Below are positions 12,361 through 24,559 of a stretch of 64,000 nucleotides of DNA, one piece after another. The notes below the pieces were generated by a model, which saw only the letters and a list, made by a program, of their open reading frames with translations, was not told the origin of the DNA and ran no database searches. This DNA comes from Harriotta raleighana. Lineage: Eukaryota. The translations under genes were made by a program, and so were the position numbers. The number at the start of each line of letters is the position of its first letter. Position 1 is the stretch's first letter. The DNA lies in assembly GCA_050575255.1 (NCBI GenBank), contig JBNZDD010013731.1, positions 12,300,998 to 12,364,997 on the forward strand, written 5' to 3'.

Positions 12361-13134
12361 TGTCAGCAAATCCTGTAAATTACAATAAATCCTGTAAAGC
12401 ACTTTGAGATATCTCAAACAAGTAGCAAGGCACTATGTCAAAATGCAAGAATTAATCAGTTTATCATTAATGTGTTTCATTGGTTGGAACCCTTCAGTGA
12501 ATGATCACGAGTTATCAAAAACACTTTTCTCTTTCCATCACTGCTAATTAATAACTCTTCACCATTTCTTTAGTTTCCTCTTGATGCTGCCCACTCTACT
12601 CTATATTGTTGCCGACTTATCTCCTTCAATGATCCTTCAGTTTAGCTTTTGTATGAACTATTTCAATCTGAATGACATATTGGGGCTGACATTCATTAAA
12701 AACAAGTAAAAGACCCATTTAACATTTTAAAGTAACATTAATGAAATTGCTTGAGCAGTCAGCATTCCTGAATGCTGCTTGTGAGAAAAGCGATTAACAA
12801 AGTCATAGTAGCTAATGAGGAGGCATCTACATTAATGAGGTTTTCAGACTGGAAAAATAACTTAACAATCTATAGTAACTGAGGTATGTGAAAATAATAA
12901 TCCAGACATTCACTTGAGAAGTTTTGGAGGCAATGAATAATTGTGTGCTTAACCACTGCTTGGATTGTGCTGTTACTGCCTTTTCAATACATGATTTGTA
13001 CAGTATATTTAAATATTTATGTGAGTAGTTAAGATTGGATCTGTGGAAGGGTGCAGAAAGTCATTCTCCATTTGCCTATTATACTTGACAGCTAACAGCA
13101 TTATTGATATCTCAGATTGAATTAGATTCAAACA

Positions 13135-13880
13135 GCCGTCATCACCCCTCCACCCTCCCAAACCTTCACTCGACCCATCTTTGTTCTCTAACTCCCGCCC
13201 CATCTCCAACCTTCCTATTCTCTCCAAGGTCTTGGAATGAATTGTTGCTTCCCAGCTTTGCTCTTTCCTCTAACGCTCTATGAATATGAATTATAATAAT
13301 CCTTGCATTTGATATACCACTTTTCATGTCTTCTAGTGCTTCACAGAATATACTGGAAAGTGAATTCACTGTATATTTGTGGACGAAACGAGGCAGCCAA
13401 TTGCCTACAGCAGTGTGACACAAACAGTCATGGGTTGAATGGCCAATTTATTATTGTTTATTATTGAATGCCTCCAATCTGGCTTCCTTGACACACAGAG
13501 AGCATAGACAGCCTTGGTCAAAGTTACACATGACATTTTATCCATCTGTGACTAGGATTTCTTATAAGGTTTTGTGATGTGCAGTGTTCCACAGGGATCT
13601 GTCTTTGGTCCTCTCCTCTTTAGGCATGGAATTAACTTCCACATGTATGAAGATGACACCCAACTCTATCTCTCCATCTCTACCCTCGACTCCAAGACCC
13701 CTGCTGACTTGGACCACTACCATAAGTATCAGACCTCAAGTGCAAGATGAGAGCTAACTTTCTCCAGTTGAACCTTTACAAGACGGAGGCCCTCCCACTT
13801 GGCTCCTGTCAGAGCCTCTTCACCTCAGTTGCTGATAACATCACTATTCACAGAAATATGCTCCACCTCATTGAGCTAGT
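13135..13880 (+). mobile_element. L2 ORF2 (reverse transcriptase) fragment, disrupted, with a nested - strand family A SINE 3' half at 13292-13465
   Basis: Motifs [29 protein letters not shown] and YEDDTQLY (ATGTATGAAGATGACACCCAACTCTAT, about 13643). Stops and deletions present. Confidence 0.85.
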
Positions 13881-13979
13881 ACCCGCTCTGCTTCCCAGGT
13901 CCCCATGCCTGCAACATTTCTGGCCCCACCACTGCCTCTCCTCTCAGGAGGACAATGAGGAGGCTGGACCCTGTATAGC

Positions 13980-15095
13980 GGAGGCGGCGGGTACTGTTTT
14001 GAGAAGAGAGAGGTTAGAACGTTAGGGGGTGGTGGAATGGAGGGATTTAAGCATGAGTGAGGATCATGAAGTCGATCTACTCTGTGACAGGAAGCCAGTG
14101 GAGATTGGCAAGGACTGGGGTAATTGGGGTATGAAGTGTGGTGTGGGTGAAAATACGAGCGGCAGAGTTTTGAATGAGCTGAATTTTGTGAATAGTGCAG
14201 GAGGGGAGACTGGCAAAGAGGTTGTTAGAGCAGTCCAGGCTAGAGGTGACAAAGGCATGGAAAAAGGGTTATGGAGATTTGGGGGTGAGGTATTGTTGGA
14301 GACAGCAATGTGGCGGAGATGGAAGAAAACAGTGCTGGTGAGGGACCAGATGTGGGGGAACAACAACAACAAAAGTACATTTATAGAGTGTCTTTCACAT
14401 CGGGAGGACGTCCCAAGGTGCTGGAAGGATAATTGGGGAGCAAACCCGATGCCTAAGCTGTGCACGGGTTTCGAGAGTTTTAAGGACAGGTCGGGTAGGT
14501 TGAGGAGGTCAGGTCTGTCAGATGGAAGACGTCGATGGGAGCCAAAGAGTATGGTTTCTGTCTTGCTGACGTTTAACTGCAGGAAATGTGTACTCATCCA
14601 GCTCTTGATGTCTGGCAAACAAGCTGAGAGAACATCAGAGTTGGGTGTCATCCACATTCATGTGGAAGTTAACCTTCTGTCTGCAGCTGACAGCACCAAG
14701 AGGGCGCATATAGATGAGGAAGAGAAGGGGGCCACGGATGGAGCCTTGGAATTCCCGCAGGCGACTGGGCGGAAGCGAGAAGAAAAGCAATTTTCAGAAA
14801 TGTAGTGCTGGAGGTTTATAAGGTAAGACGCGAACCAAGTGAGTTCACTCCCACTGAGTTGGATGATGGAGGACAGGTGGTGGAGGAGGATGGTGTGATC
14901 AACTGCATTGAACACGACGGAGAGGTCCAGGAGGACGAGGATGCGGAGGGAGCCCTGGTCACAAAAAGAGAGGACATTGTTTGTGACTTTCACGTGCACT
15001 GTCTTTGTACTGTGGGCAGGACAGAAATGGGACTGGAGGGTTTTGAGTACGGTGTGGAAGGAGAGGTGTGCACAACGTTGGTTGGAAGAATAAAC
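13980..15095 (-). mobile_element. L2 ORF2 (reverse transcriptase) fragment, frameshifted
   Basis: ORFs 14658-15227(-) and 14064-14657(-): PAHSTKTVHVKVTNNVL, LVLLDLSVVFNAVDHTILLHHL, WFASYL, IKSWMSTHFLQLNVSKTE, FFHLRHIA. A short L2 tail is inserted at about 14359-14424. Confidence 0.9.
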
Positions 15096-15235
15096 TAGGC
15101 TCTGTGAATCAATCACTTCACCCTCGCCAGGCTCCTCTAGGACACCATCCCTCAGAAGATCGATTTTAAAATGCTCATCCTCACTCTGAAAGCCCTCCAC
15201 GGCCTTGCTCTTCCCTACCTCTGCCACCTATTAAC

Positions 15236-15540
15236 AGTCCTGTAGCTCAGTGGTTAGAGCACTCACCTCACAAACGAGAGACTTGAGTTCGATAGCCACC
15301 AGAGTGAAACCTTGGGAAGTTTCCATACTTCACATGCCTGATAATAATCCCTCAAGAAATTTTTAAAAATCTGATCACTCAATCCACAACTGATTATGGG
15401 ACACTGCTGTGCGCAATTGGCTGCTGCATTTTGCCCACAAATATACAGTGTATTCTGTGAAGCGCTTTGAGAAGACACGAAAAGCGCTATATCAAATGCA
15501 AGGATTATTATTTTTATTATTGTTATCACTATTATCATCA
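15236..15540 (+). mobile_element. tRNA-derived SINE, family A, nested in L2
   Basis: AGTCCTGTAGCTCAGTGGTTAGAGCACTC head, AAGCGCTTTGAG..AAAAGCGCTATATCAAATGCAAGG tail. Confidence 0.9.
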
Positions 15541-15600
15541 TACCAACCTTTCTGCTCCTTGCGCACAGCTCCATATCTCCTGGCTTACCTCCCCATCAAT

Positions 15601-15888
15601 GTCGAGTGCTGTAGCTCAGTGGTTAGAATGTTCGCCTTACAAGTGAGATACCTGGGTTCACTCCCAAGCATGTCAGGGCGAGTTTCCTTACTCCACATGC
15701 TTAATAATAATCCCTCCAAAAAAAAATAATAAATTGGTCACTTCAATCTGTGACTATTTGTGGGACACTGTTGTGCCCAAATATACAGTCAATTCATGTT
15801 ACAGTATATTCTGTGAAGCGCTTTGAGACGTGTAGAAGAATTGAAAAACGCTATATCAAATGCAATGCAAATGCAAGGAATATTATAT
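15601..15888 (+). mobile_element. tRNA-derived SINE, family A, nested in L2
   Basis: GAGTGCTGTAGCTCAGTGGTTAGAA head, CCTGGGTTCACTCCC B box, standard tail. Confidence 0.9.
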
Positions 15889-16774
15889 TGGCAGTCGAGC
15901 CTTTAGCTTTTCTGCTCCCACTCTCTGGAACGCCATCCCACGATGGAGTTCCTCTGTCTTGCCGCTTCTGTTGCCTTCAAAGTCTGTCTCAAGATCTTCC
16001 TCTTTCACCACACCCTTGGTCACCCTCCCACCCCTCTTGATTCCAATCCCAGCTCGGGTGCAAACCCTTAACTTCACCTTGGGACCAAAAATGTTGTGGT
16101 TGGTGTTGCATTCACCTGCAAACACACAGTCATTACACTTCACAGTGAAATGTTGTGAAGTTCTTTGAAACATATTGACAATGTGATAAGGTACTTAAAT
16201 CAAATGCAGGGATTATTATCAAATACATTATTATTAATGATTAAATGAACTTGGAAAACGTTCGAACTAATTTCTGAAGTACCACATTAATCCCCTGTGA
16301 ATTTATTCTCCTCGTGATGATGTTGCTGCTCAGAAAGCATCCAGAGGAATAAGATCAAAGATGCCAACAAACGGATCAAGGCTGCTGTGCTTTTTATAAG
16401 TGCCTTGTTTTATGACTTTTGGGATAGGATACTCGTTTGTCACATAGTTGTGCTGAAATAAATCGCCCCGACTGTTCCCAATAAAATCTGAACCTTTAAA
16501 ACATTCTCTTTTAAAAGGAGCATATTTTAACAACTATTTCAAAATTAATAGATATGAAAAAGGTTGATAAAAGTTCACATATTTAAAAGGATCCTCTTAT
16601 TACGATATATTTTTGCACAGGATGTGTGCAGATGAGTTCAACCAAGGTCATTTGTGACAGTCATGTGAGTGAAAGCCATTCATATTTGACACTGGACCAA
16701 TTAGAGATTGAAGGTCAAAGTGGGTTATTCTACTCCATGCCTTCAATGTAACACATTCTTTGATATGGGGATAT

Positions 16775-17360
16775 GTGAAGTCCCAGTAACGTAGTGGTTA
16801 GCTTGCTTGCTTCGCCAGCGAGAGAACCCAAGTTTGATTCCTGACTGGGCAAAACCTCAGGCAAGTTTCCTTTCTCCACATATCTCTATTTACCAAACAG
16901 TAAGTAGGAACATGGCAGTAATAATCCCACCAAAAATAAATAAATAAAATTAGGTCACTTACAACAACAACAAAATTACATTTGAATAACGCCTTTCACG
17001 TTGGGAGGATTTAATGGGACACTGCTGTACGCAATTGGCTGCTACATTTCACCTACAAAATACACAGTCAATGCACTTTGCAATATAGTTTGTAAAAGTC
17101 TTTGAGATGTCTCAACAATTTTATAATAATAATAATTATTGCATTTGATATAGCGTCTTATCACATCTTCTATGCACCTCAAAGAACTGCACAGATTATA
17201 TTGTAAATCATATTGAATTGACTATATGTTTTATGGGTGAAACATGGCATATTGCTTTTTAGTGCCTTGGAGCATTCCCCAGAAGCAAAAGGCGCTATAT
17301 AAATGTAATTTTGTTCTTGTTGATGTAAATATCAAATGCAAGGATGATTATTATTATTAA
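16775..17360 (+). mobile_element. Family A SINE (long variant) carrying three nested tail fragments
   Basis: Head GTGAAGTCCCAGTAACGTAGTGGTTAGC. Inserts: - L2 tail about 16960-17010, - SINE tail about 17123-17250, + L2 tail about 17262-17322. The host tail resumes at about 17328. Confidence 0.75.
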
Positions 17361-20300
17361 GTTTCCTAATTTCTCATGTTAAAACAAATGGGGCATCACC
17401 TTCAGGATTATGATGAAAAGAATGAGATTTGGAAGAATTGTTTCGTAATCAGAACATTGTTGAAACATGGAAAGCTTCAAAGAAAATGTCTGTTGAAGTT
17501 AGCACACTAATTACTTTCAAAATGGAATTGGACAAGCATTTGAAGAGAAATAGCATATAGCAGGAAAAATCTAACATGAATTTGAGATTAATGGATATAA
17601 CTCCAGAGAATAATAATAACAATGATAATAATTCTTGCTTTTGATATAAGTGCCTTATCATGTCTTTGAAACATCTCCAAGCGCTTCACAGATTATACTG
17701 TAAATTGATTGGATATTTTGTGGGCGAAATGCACCAGCATAGGATTTGGCAAAATATCTTTGTTCTGTGCTGACTATGATTCTGTGGGTTAAATAGTAAG
17801 GTGGTCTGTAAGCTGTTAGGGATCACATTAAGGAACACCCACAATATTATGCCATGCTTGGTGTTGTTGTAATCAGTCTCCCTCACTTACCTCCATAATG
17901 AGTGCGTTGCTCATGGCCTATATGATCCCGCACAGCTGCTCCTTCAGATCAGACGACGGCAGGCCGGTGAAAAACAAACATTGGAATTCCCAGGGCTCCA
18001 CTCCTAAATTTGGTATTAGAATCGGCGTTCCGATGGCTTAGATTATTCCCCCCAGGGCTTCCAGCAGATGATTTGGAGGATCAGTTGTGTGTGTGTATGT
18101 GGTGGGGGAGGGGGGGGGTGATGAGGGGAGGAGGGGTCAGAGGCCATGAGGAGCTCAGTCATTACTGAGGAACTTGAGGGAGGCCATTCACACCCCCACT
18201 CGTTAAGGAACAAATCTGCGTTTTTTCCTTAATGTGTTCCCTGCGCTGATTGCCATAAAGAAGGGATAAAGGAACACCCCAAGTTGTTGTACCTCACACT
18301 TGTTAAAACATACCACTATAAACTCCTAAAATGTATTGCCAATCATTCACAGAGAGAGAGAGAAAAAATGTAATACAATAAATGGGATTTAATTTATTGT
18401 ACCCAACTGTGACAATCCACACACAGTTGTAGTTTACATAGGAAATGATTTGTGTCCCAACATACATTACAAAATGTTTCAAAATATCTTAATGAAAGTT
18501 AGAGTGAAGTACACAAACATGCAAGCGTGGCTCCGTATAATTTTGATCTCTTCAGTTTCTAACTCAAACCTCCCAAATCATCAGTGACATGTGCTGAAGA
18601 AACAACTCCTCTTACAGGAAAAGCCAGAAAGTATGAAGTCATTGCCTCCAGTAAGTAATTTACATATTGAATATCAAAATATTGAATCCCCAACAATTGA
18701 CACTGATTTTGTGTCAGAGAAATTCGAAACCAAGGCTGGCATCAGGTTGCATTGACAAGTTTTCTTTTTATTGTGCATTTTATCAAGACATCATTTGGGG
18801 CTCAAATTTGCCTTGATATCACTTATAGTGCCTTTGGCGATGCATAATGATCACAAAGAAATATTGCTGCCACCACCCGCTTTTGAATCGCCTCCAAAGT
18901 GACTTGCTTGGTGAAAGGAAAGTTGGAATTGAATCAACCCTTTGTAGTGGCTCAATGGTGGGTTTTGTGAGCCAGAAGGATCTGCAGTACCCCTGCAGTA
19001 CTACTGATGATAGACCAGTCATCTTGACCCATTGGTAGGACTTAGAGGAGGAGATCAGACACTGGGGCAGGGATTCTTCCCACTCAATTCCCATTCACCC
19101 TAATATGTGGAGTGGTCCTAGCTGGACAAAGCAGCAGAAAGCTGTGAGACAATGCTTTCACTGGCATGTGTTGTAGCTGGTTAAGCTCCAGTAATACCTC
19201 TATGTACACTCTGGTGAACCCAAACCTTGGTTCTTGTCAGGCTACACCTAATACTTTCTGGAATTAGATAAACAGAATACAACCTTATACAACCGCAGAT
19301 CATCACCAATTTATCTCTGATTCTACAACAACAGAGAGGTAACACTGTCTCACAATAATAAAATGTGTTTTGGTGAATTACCCACCTTGAGTAGTGTATT
19401 GTATTTATCAAGATACTATGTGGAGGCAGGAGAGTGTCCCCTAGATTTTTTGACCAATGCTTAAAGGGAGGGTTTCTTGCACTTCCCAGTACTGCTTCTG
19501 TCCCTTCCCTTTAGCATTGCTTTTGCATTGCTGTTGGATGAAAATGCTAATTGTACATTATTGCATTGACTACCAACACAGGGATCAGATATATATTTTG
19601 CCCTATGAAGCACTGTTCATTTCTGTTCTCAGGCTAGTGGGAGGAACCACCAATACAATAGGTTACTCGCAAGATGTCAACATTTGAATAGTTCTGACAA
19701 TGCAACTGACTGACTATGGAAAGATGTAAACATTTGTCCAATCATTCATTCTTCATATGTTGCAATGATGGTCTGCTCCAGTAATATAATGAGTAGGAAG
19801 AGTGCATTGTCAGTTTAGGAGAATTTATTTGTGCATTGTTGTTAGGATATAGAATACCCTACCTAAAATGGTGATTAAGAGAACATCCATGTTAGTTTTA
19901 AAAAGGGAGTTGGATAGATATCTAAAAATTTGGAATTTACAAGGGATATGGGGAAAGGATAAATGGAACTGAGAGGGTTGCTTTTTAAAAAAGCCAGTAG
20001 AGATAATAATAATTCTTGCATTTGATATAGCACTGTTCAGGTATTCAAGATGTCTAGATGTAAAGTGCTTCACAGAATATTATGTAAAGTGAATTGACTA
20101 TATATTTGTGGGTGAAATGTGGCTGCCAAATTGTGCACAGCAGTGTCTCACAAACAGTCGTGGAAGTGAGGGGGCCAGGAATGAAAGGGGGAAAGAGGGT
20201 AAGGGGAGGGGTCGGGGTAGGGGGAAGAGAGCAGGAAAACCAGGTGTATATTTGGGGGCGAACTTAAAGTGTAGTGACTGCATTTTCTAGGGGACAGTGG

Positions 20301-20523
20301 CAGTCAACTCACATACAGCAGTGACTGGGACGGTATCAAATATACATCAGTCATACTAGAACTGTACAGGAACCTGGTGAGGTCATGGCCAGACTGTAGT
20401 TGGAGATACTATCCCGCAGGGCAACCCATTAAAAAAATAGATGGAACAGATTCACCTGATGATACAATACGTGTCTGAGGAGAAGCTAGCTAAACATGGC
20501 AGGGAAGAGGAAGGGACACAGAT

Positions 20524-21560
20524 CATAGAATCATAGAATTTTATGGCACAAAAGGATGCCATTCGGCCCATCTAGTCTGTGTCGGTTCTTTGAACAGAGC
20601 AACTCAATCCCATGCCCAGCTTTCTCCTCATAACCTAACAGAACTGCTCTTCCTAAATAAAGATTTTGTTCCCTTTTAATAGCTGTTATGGAATCTGCCT
20701 CCACCACCTTTTCAGGCAATGCATTCCAGATTCGAACAACCCACTGAGTGAAAACATTTTCTCCTCAGCTCCCCTCTGCTTTGTTTTGAAACTGTTTTAA
20801 AACTGTGACCTTGAGTCACTGATTCGCCCACCAGTGGAAACAGTCTTTCCCTATTCACCCTGTCGAAACCTCTCATAATCTTATAAACCTCTATTAGGTC
20901 TCCTCTCAATCTTCTTTGTTCTAGAGAGAATAAGCCTAGCCTATCTAGCTTTTCCTCGTAGCTGAAGTTCCTCATTCCTGATACCATCCTAGTAAATCTC
21001 CTCTGCACCCTTTGCAATGCCTTAATATCCTTCCTAAAGTGTGGTGACCAGAATTGTACACAGTACTCCAGCTGAGGCCTAACCAAAGTCTTATAGAGTT
21101 TAATCAGCACTTCCTGACTTTTGTATTCTGTACCCCTATTTATAAAGCCTAGTATCCCATATGCCTTCTTAACGGCTTTGTCTACCATCCTGCCACTTTC
21201 AAAGAGTCATTAACACAAATCCCCAGGTCTCTCTATTCCTTCACACCCCTTAAAATTGTACTATCTCGCCTATATTGCCTCCCCTCATTTCTTCTCCCAA
21301 AATGTATCACCTCACACTTCTCTGTATTAAACTTCATCTGCCATGTGTCTGCCCACTTTACCATCTTATCTATATCCTCTTGCAGATGGCTACTATCCTC
21401 CTCACTATTTACTATTCTGCCTAACATAGTATCATTAGCAAATTTAGAAACCGTACTCCCTAAACCCAAATCCAAATCATTAATGTAAATTAAACAGAGC
21501 AGTGGTCCCAAAACTTTTCCCTAGGGGATGCCACTGCACACTTCCTTCCAGTCTGAAAAG
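20524..21560 (-). mobile_element. CR1 LINE, 5'-truncated (ORF2 RT C-terminal region plus 3'UTR)
   Basis: ORFs 21233-21511(-) GPLL.LIYINDL..SKFANDT..WQMKFN.EKC.V.H.GR and 20712-21188(-) LYKTLVRPQLEYCVQFWSP..LE.RRLRGDLIEVYKI. Ends in the CR1 8-nt repeat (ATTCTATG)2, seen as CATAGAATCATAGAAT at 20524-20539. Confidence 0.95.
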
Positions 21561-22124
21561 CATAAACACGAAAATCAACAACAACAAACCAAATTTGATG
21601 TCTCATGCTGCTGGACAGTCAAGTGTTTGCGTTAGGGTAGGAAGGTGACTGAAGATATTGTCAAAGTGGAAGGTGGTTAGACAGACACAGTGGGCTGAAC
21701 AGAGTGAGGTATGTGAAACAGGATAGTGTTTGCTGGGTGGAGGGAATGGATGGGTTCGAAGGGTCACAGAGGTAAGGTTTGACCAAGCCTGTGGAGGGAT
21801 TTAAAAATGAGGACAGAGATTTTGAACTCTATCCTCTAGAGGGGGTGGTGGTTTGGGAGCCAGTGGAACCAAGCAAGGATGGGGGTAATAAACTGCTAGA
21901 GCAGGAGTGGGAAGCTGCTGGGCAGTTTCTGAAGGGTAGAGTTGACAAGTCTAGGAAGCAGAGGATTGGTGTAGTGAAGCTTGGACATATAATAATCTAA
22001 TAATTTGTGCGTTTGCTTTTATGAGGTTTTCAATGAAGCTTTTTTTTCAGCAATAATTATCCTATAATTTAATTGAGTTTATTAATACCGAAAAAGCAAT
22101 CTGACATTCGACTACCAATCGGAT

Positions 22125-22256
22125 TCTTACATACTGCTAGGTGAACAGAGGTGTGTGGAGTAGGGAACCTTGCCTAACATTTTGCTCTGCTTGAGAGTCA
22201 AACCCAATTCCTCTCGCTTGCGAGGCGGTTGCTCTATCCAATACGCTATAGGACAA
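22125..22256 (-). mobile_element. Family A SINE 5' half
   Basis: GTGTGGAGTAGGGAACCTTGCCTAA..TCTCGCTTGCGAGGCG..GCTATAGGAC. Confidence 0.75.
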
Positions 22257-22589
22257 TTAGTGGCAACAAAAAGCGATATTGAAAACAACCTCATAAAAGC
22301 TGTGTCCCAATGCACAACACTGCAGGAGATATGTCACCAATTTGGGAACAGGCTGATCCTGTCTATTCTGGGAACTAAAACCAATTGAAAATTCTCTGAA
22401 ACAGAAATGATACCCTCATTAAAGTTACATCCCTTTGAATAAAATAAATTTGTCTGAAGCATACCCAGCTCACAAATCCCTTAATACAGTGAGATTCTCT
22501 GCAAGTCATTCATGTTGGATAATTTATGAATCTTGGGATTAACCCTCATTCAATACAATTTACTTGCTTATAGCAGTATTTAAAGTAGA

Positions 22590-22990
22590 GAACATAGGAC
22601 GTCTCCAAACGCTTGATGGAATTTACTGTAAAGGGTAAGTGAATTTGTATTATGTGGGTGAACGATGCAGCCAATATGTCACACAGAGCAATGTCACACA
22701 AACAGCCATAGAGTGAATGACCATTTTTTCTGGAGGATTGTTATCCAGGACACTAGAAACAATCACCTTTTCTTTTCAAATGGTGTCACTGGATCTTTAA
22801 CAACCACTTAAACAGGCAGATGAGACATCAGGTCAATGTCTCATCCAAAGGATAGCATCCCAACAAATGCGGTGTTACAAATGTTACATGAAGAGTTGTA
22901 AAGGCCGTAAAACTGGGCTTGTTAAGTAACCCTTTACATTTGAACCCACAGCCTTCTGCCTCAGGTTGGATGCTCAGCCAGGTTGATACA
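22590..22990 (-). mobile_element. Family B Deu-type SINE with its internal segment replaced by foreign sequence
   Basis: GCAGCCAAT..GCAATGTCACACAAACAGCC..GATCTTTAACAACCACTTAAACAGGCAGA..TCTCATCCAAAG..TTGAACCCACAGCCTTCTGCCTCAG. Confidence 0.75.
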
Positions 22991-24559
22991 TATGTCGTAC
23001 ATCTATAAAACAAAAATTATTATTTTCCAGTGTGGGGTCTAATTGCAGTATACCATTTCTCAGTGGGACTGCTTGATAAATAACACTTAGAGGAAGCAAC
23101 ATTTACAATTCCAAAGGAATTCTGCTTCAGAGAAAGATTATGTCAGAACAGGATGTCCACAGGTCAGAGTGATACATTTCCTGTTATCAGAAGGATTCTC
23201 TAGCAGTGTAACCCCAATTTCTTATTGAGGAAACACATTATGCTTCTATTAAATAAGCTATCTACAGGAGTATAGTTGAGTATTGAGTACTAAACTATAT
23301 TGAGTATTGATATGGTGAGTATCATTAGAGTTTCATTAGACTTTCATAAGATCTAAGAGAGTTTGTTAGACTTTTAATGCTTTGTGATGTCCTCCCAGTG
23401 TGAAAAGTGCTCTACAAATGTAATTTTGTTGTTGTATTTTGTTAATAATGAAGATATTAACCACAGAAAAAAGAAAACATAACACATATGTAGACAAATA
23501 ACATCCCCCAAAAAAGGAATTTGGGTGCAAGTGCTGAATATGGCTGAAGGAGTCTACTCAAAGGGAACGGTTATTAGCAAAGCTGGTTATTGCAGTGCAT
23601 CTTAAAAGTATTTGCAGAAACTTTCAATTGATCTTGTCAAACACGCATTTGCGCAGTTATACAACAATTACAACTATAGTTTTCAAGGGATGTACCTGTA
23701 CATGCTTTTGGGTTCCAAAAAGAGTGAGGGAGAGATGAAGCATGAGCTAGATCTTGAAAATCATGCGAGGAATGTGCAATTTACATCTAAATGATTTATT
23801 TTGGAATGTTTGGTGCAAATTTAGCAGTGGGGAATGTAACATTAATGAGCGCCTGAGTTGAATGAAATATTTATTTTCGCACAGAATAGTGAATATCTCT
23901 AATTGGAATACACCTCGAAACAAAGCACTCAATATGACAAAGTCAATTTTGAGGCTTTTTTTAATTCAATGGCTGAGGAAAGCAGATGGCTTCTGGCCAT
24001 GGTTTTCAGAAAGTTTGAACAAATGATCAACATGTTCAAAATGTTGTAGGACAAGTTTGGGACAGGCACCAGGAAATATAGATGTCATGCAGATGTCAAT
24101 CAACAGTTGTTACAACATGTTACATGAAGAGTTGTAAAGGCCATAAAACTAGGCTTGTTAAGAAACTTCTTAATGCTGCAATTGGAAGATGATACAATTG
24201 ATATTATGGAATATTATGGAAGTATGAAATTAAATGGACCAAAGGGCTTTATTCAATTGAACGGATCTGATTATCTTGTGAATTTTATTCTTAAACTGCT
24301 CTCTTTTCCAAAATGGATAGTTGGAATCTGCAGGTAGGTAGGGACTGTGAAAGGATTTCTTACTTTGGACTTTGGACCTTGGACTAAATAGAAGGTTAAT
24401 GATAGTAATAATAATCCTTTCATTTGATATAGTGTAGTATCATCTCTTCAAGCCTCTCAAAGAGAGGTTTACAGAATATACTGTAAAGTGAATTGACTAT
24501 GTTTGTGGGAGAAATGATGGGTAGTGTCCCGAAGCTCTTGATTAGGGGAGCACTGCAGT

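Larger units (their letters stand above)
15095..16095 (+). mobile_element. L2 3' region split by two family A SINEs
   Basis: GATCGATTTTAAAATGCTCATCCTCACTCTGAAAGCCCTCC, resuming at about 15541 and 15889 (IGSRAFSFSAPTLWNAIP). Confidence 0.85.

Noticed and set aside
14029-14805. 258-aa + strand ORF
   Set aside because: Antisense shadow of the - strand L2 RT fragment, with no independent motif.
13980-16095. Head-to-head L2 pieces as one element with a twin-priming 5' inversion
   Set aside because: Both pieces contain the same C-terminal ORF2 region (GATCGA(C/T)TT..ATCCTCACTC..AAA(T/G)CCCTCCA), so they overlap and are better read as separate insertions.
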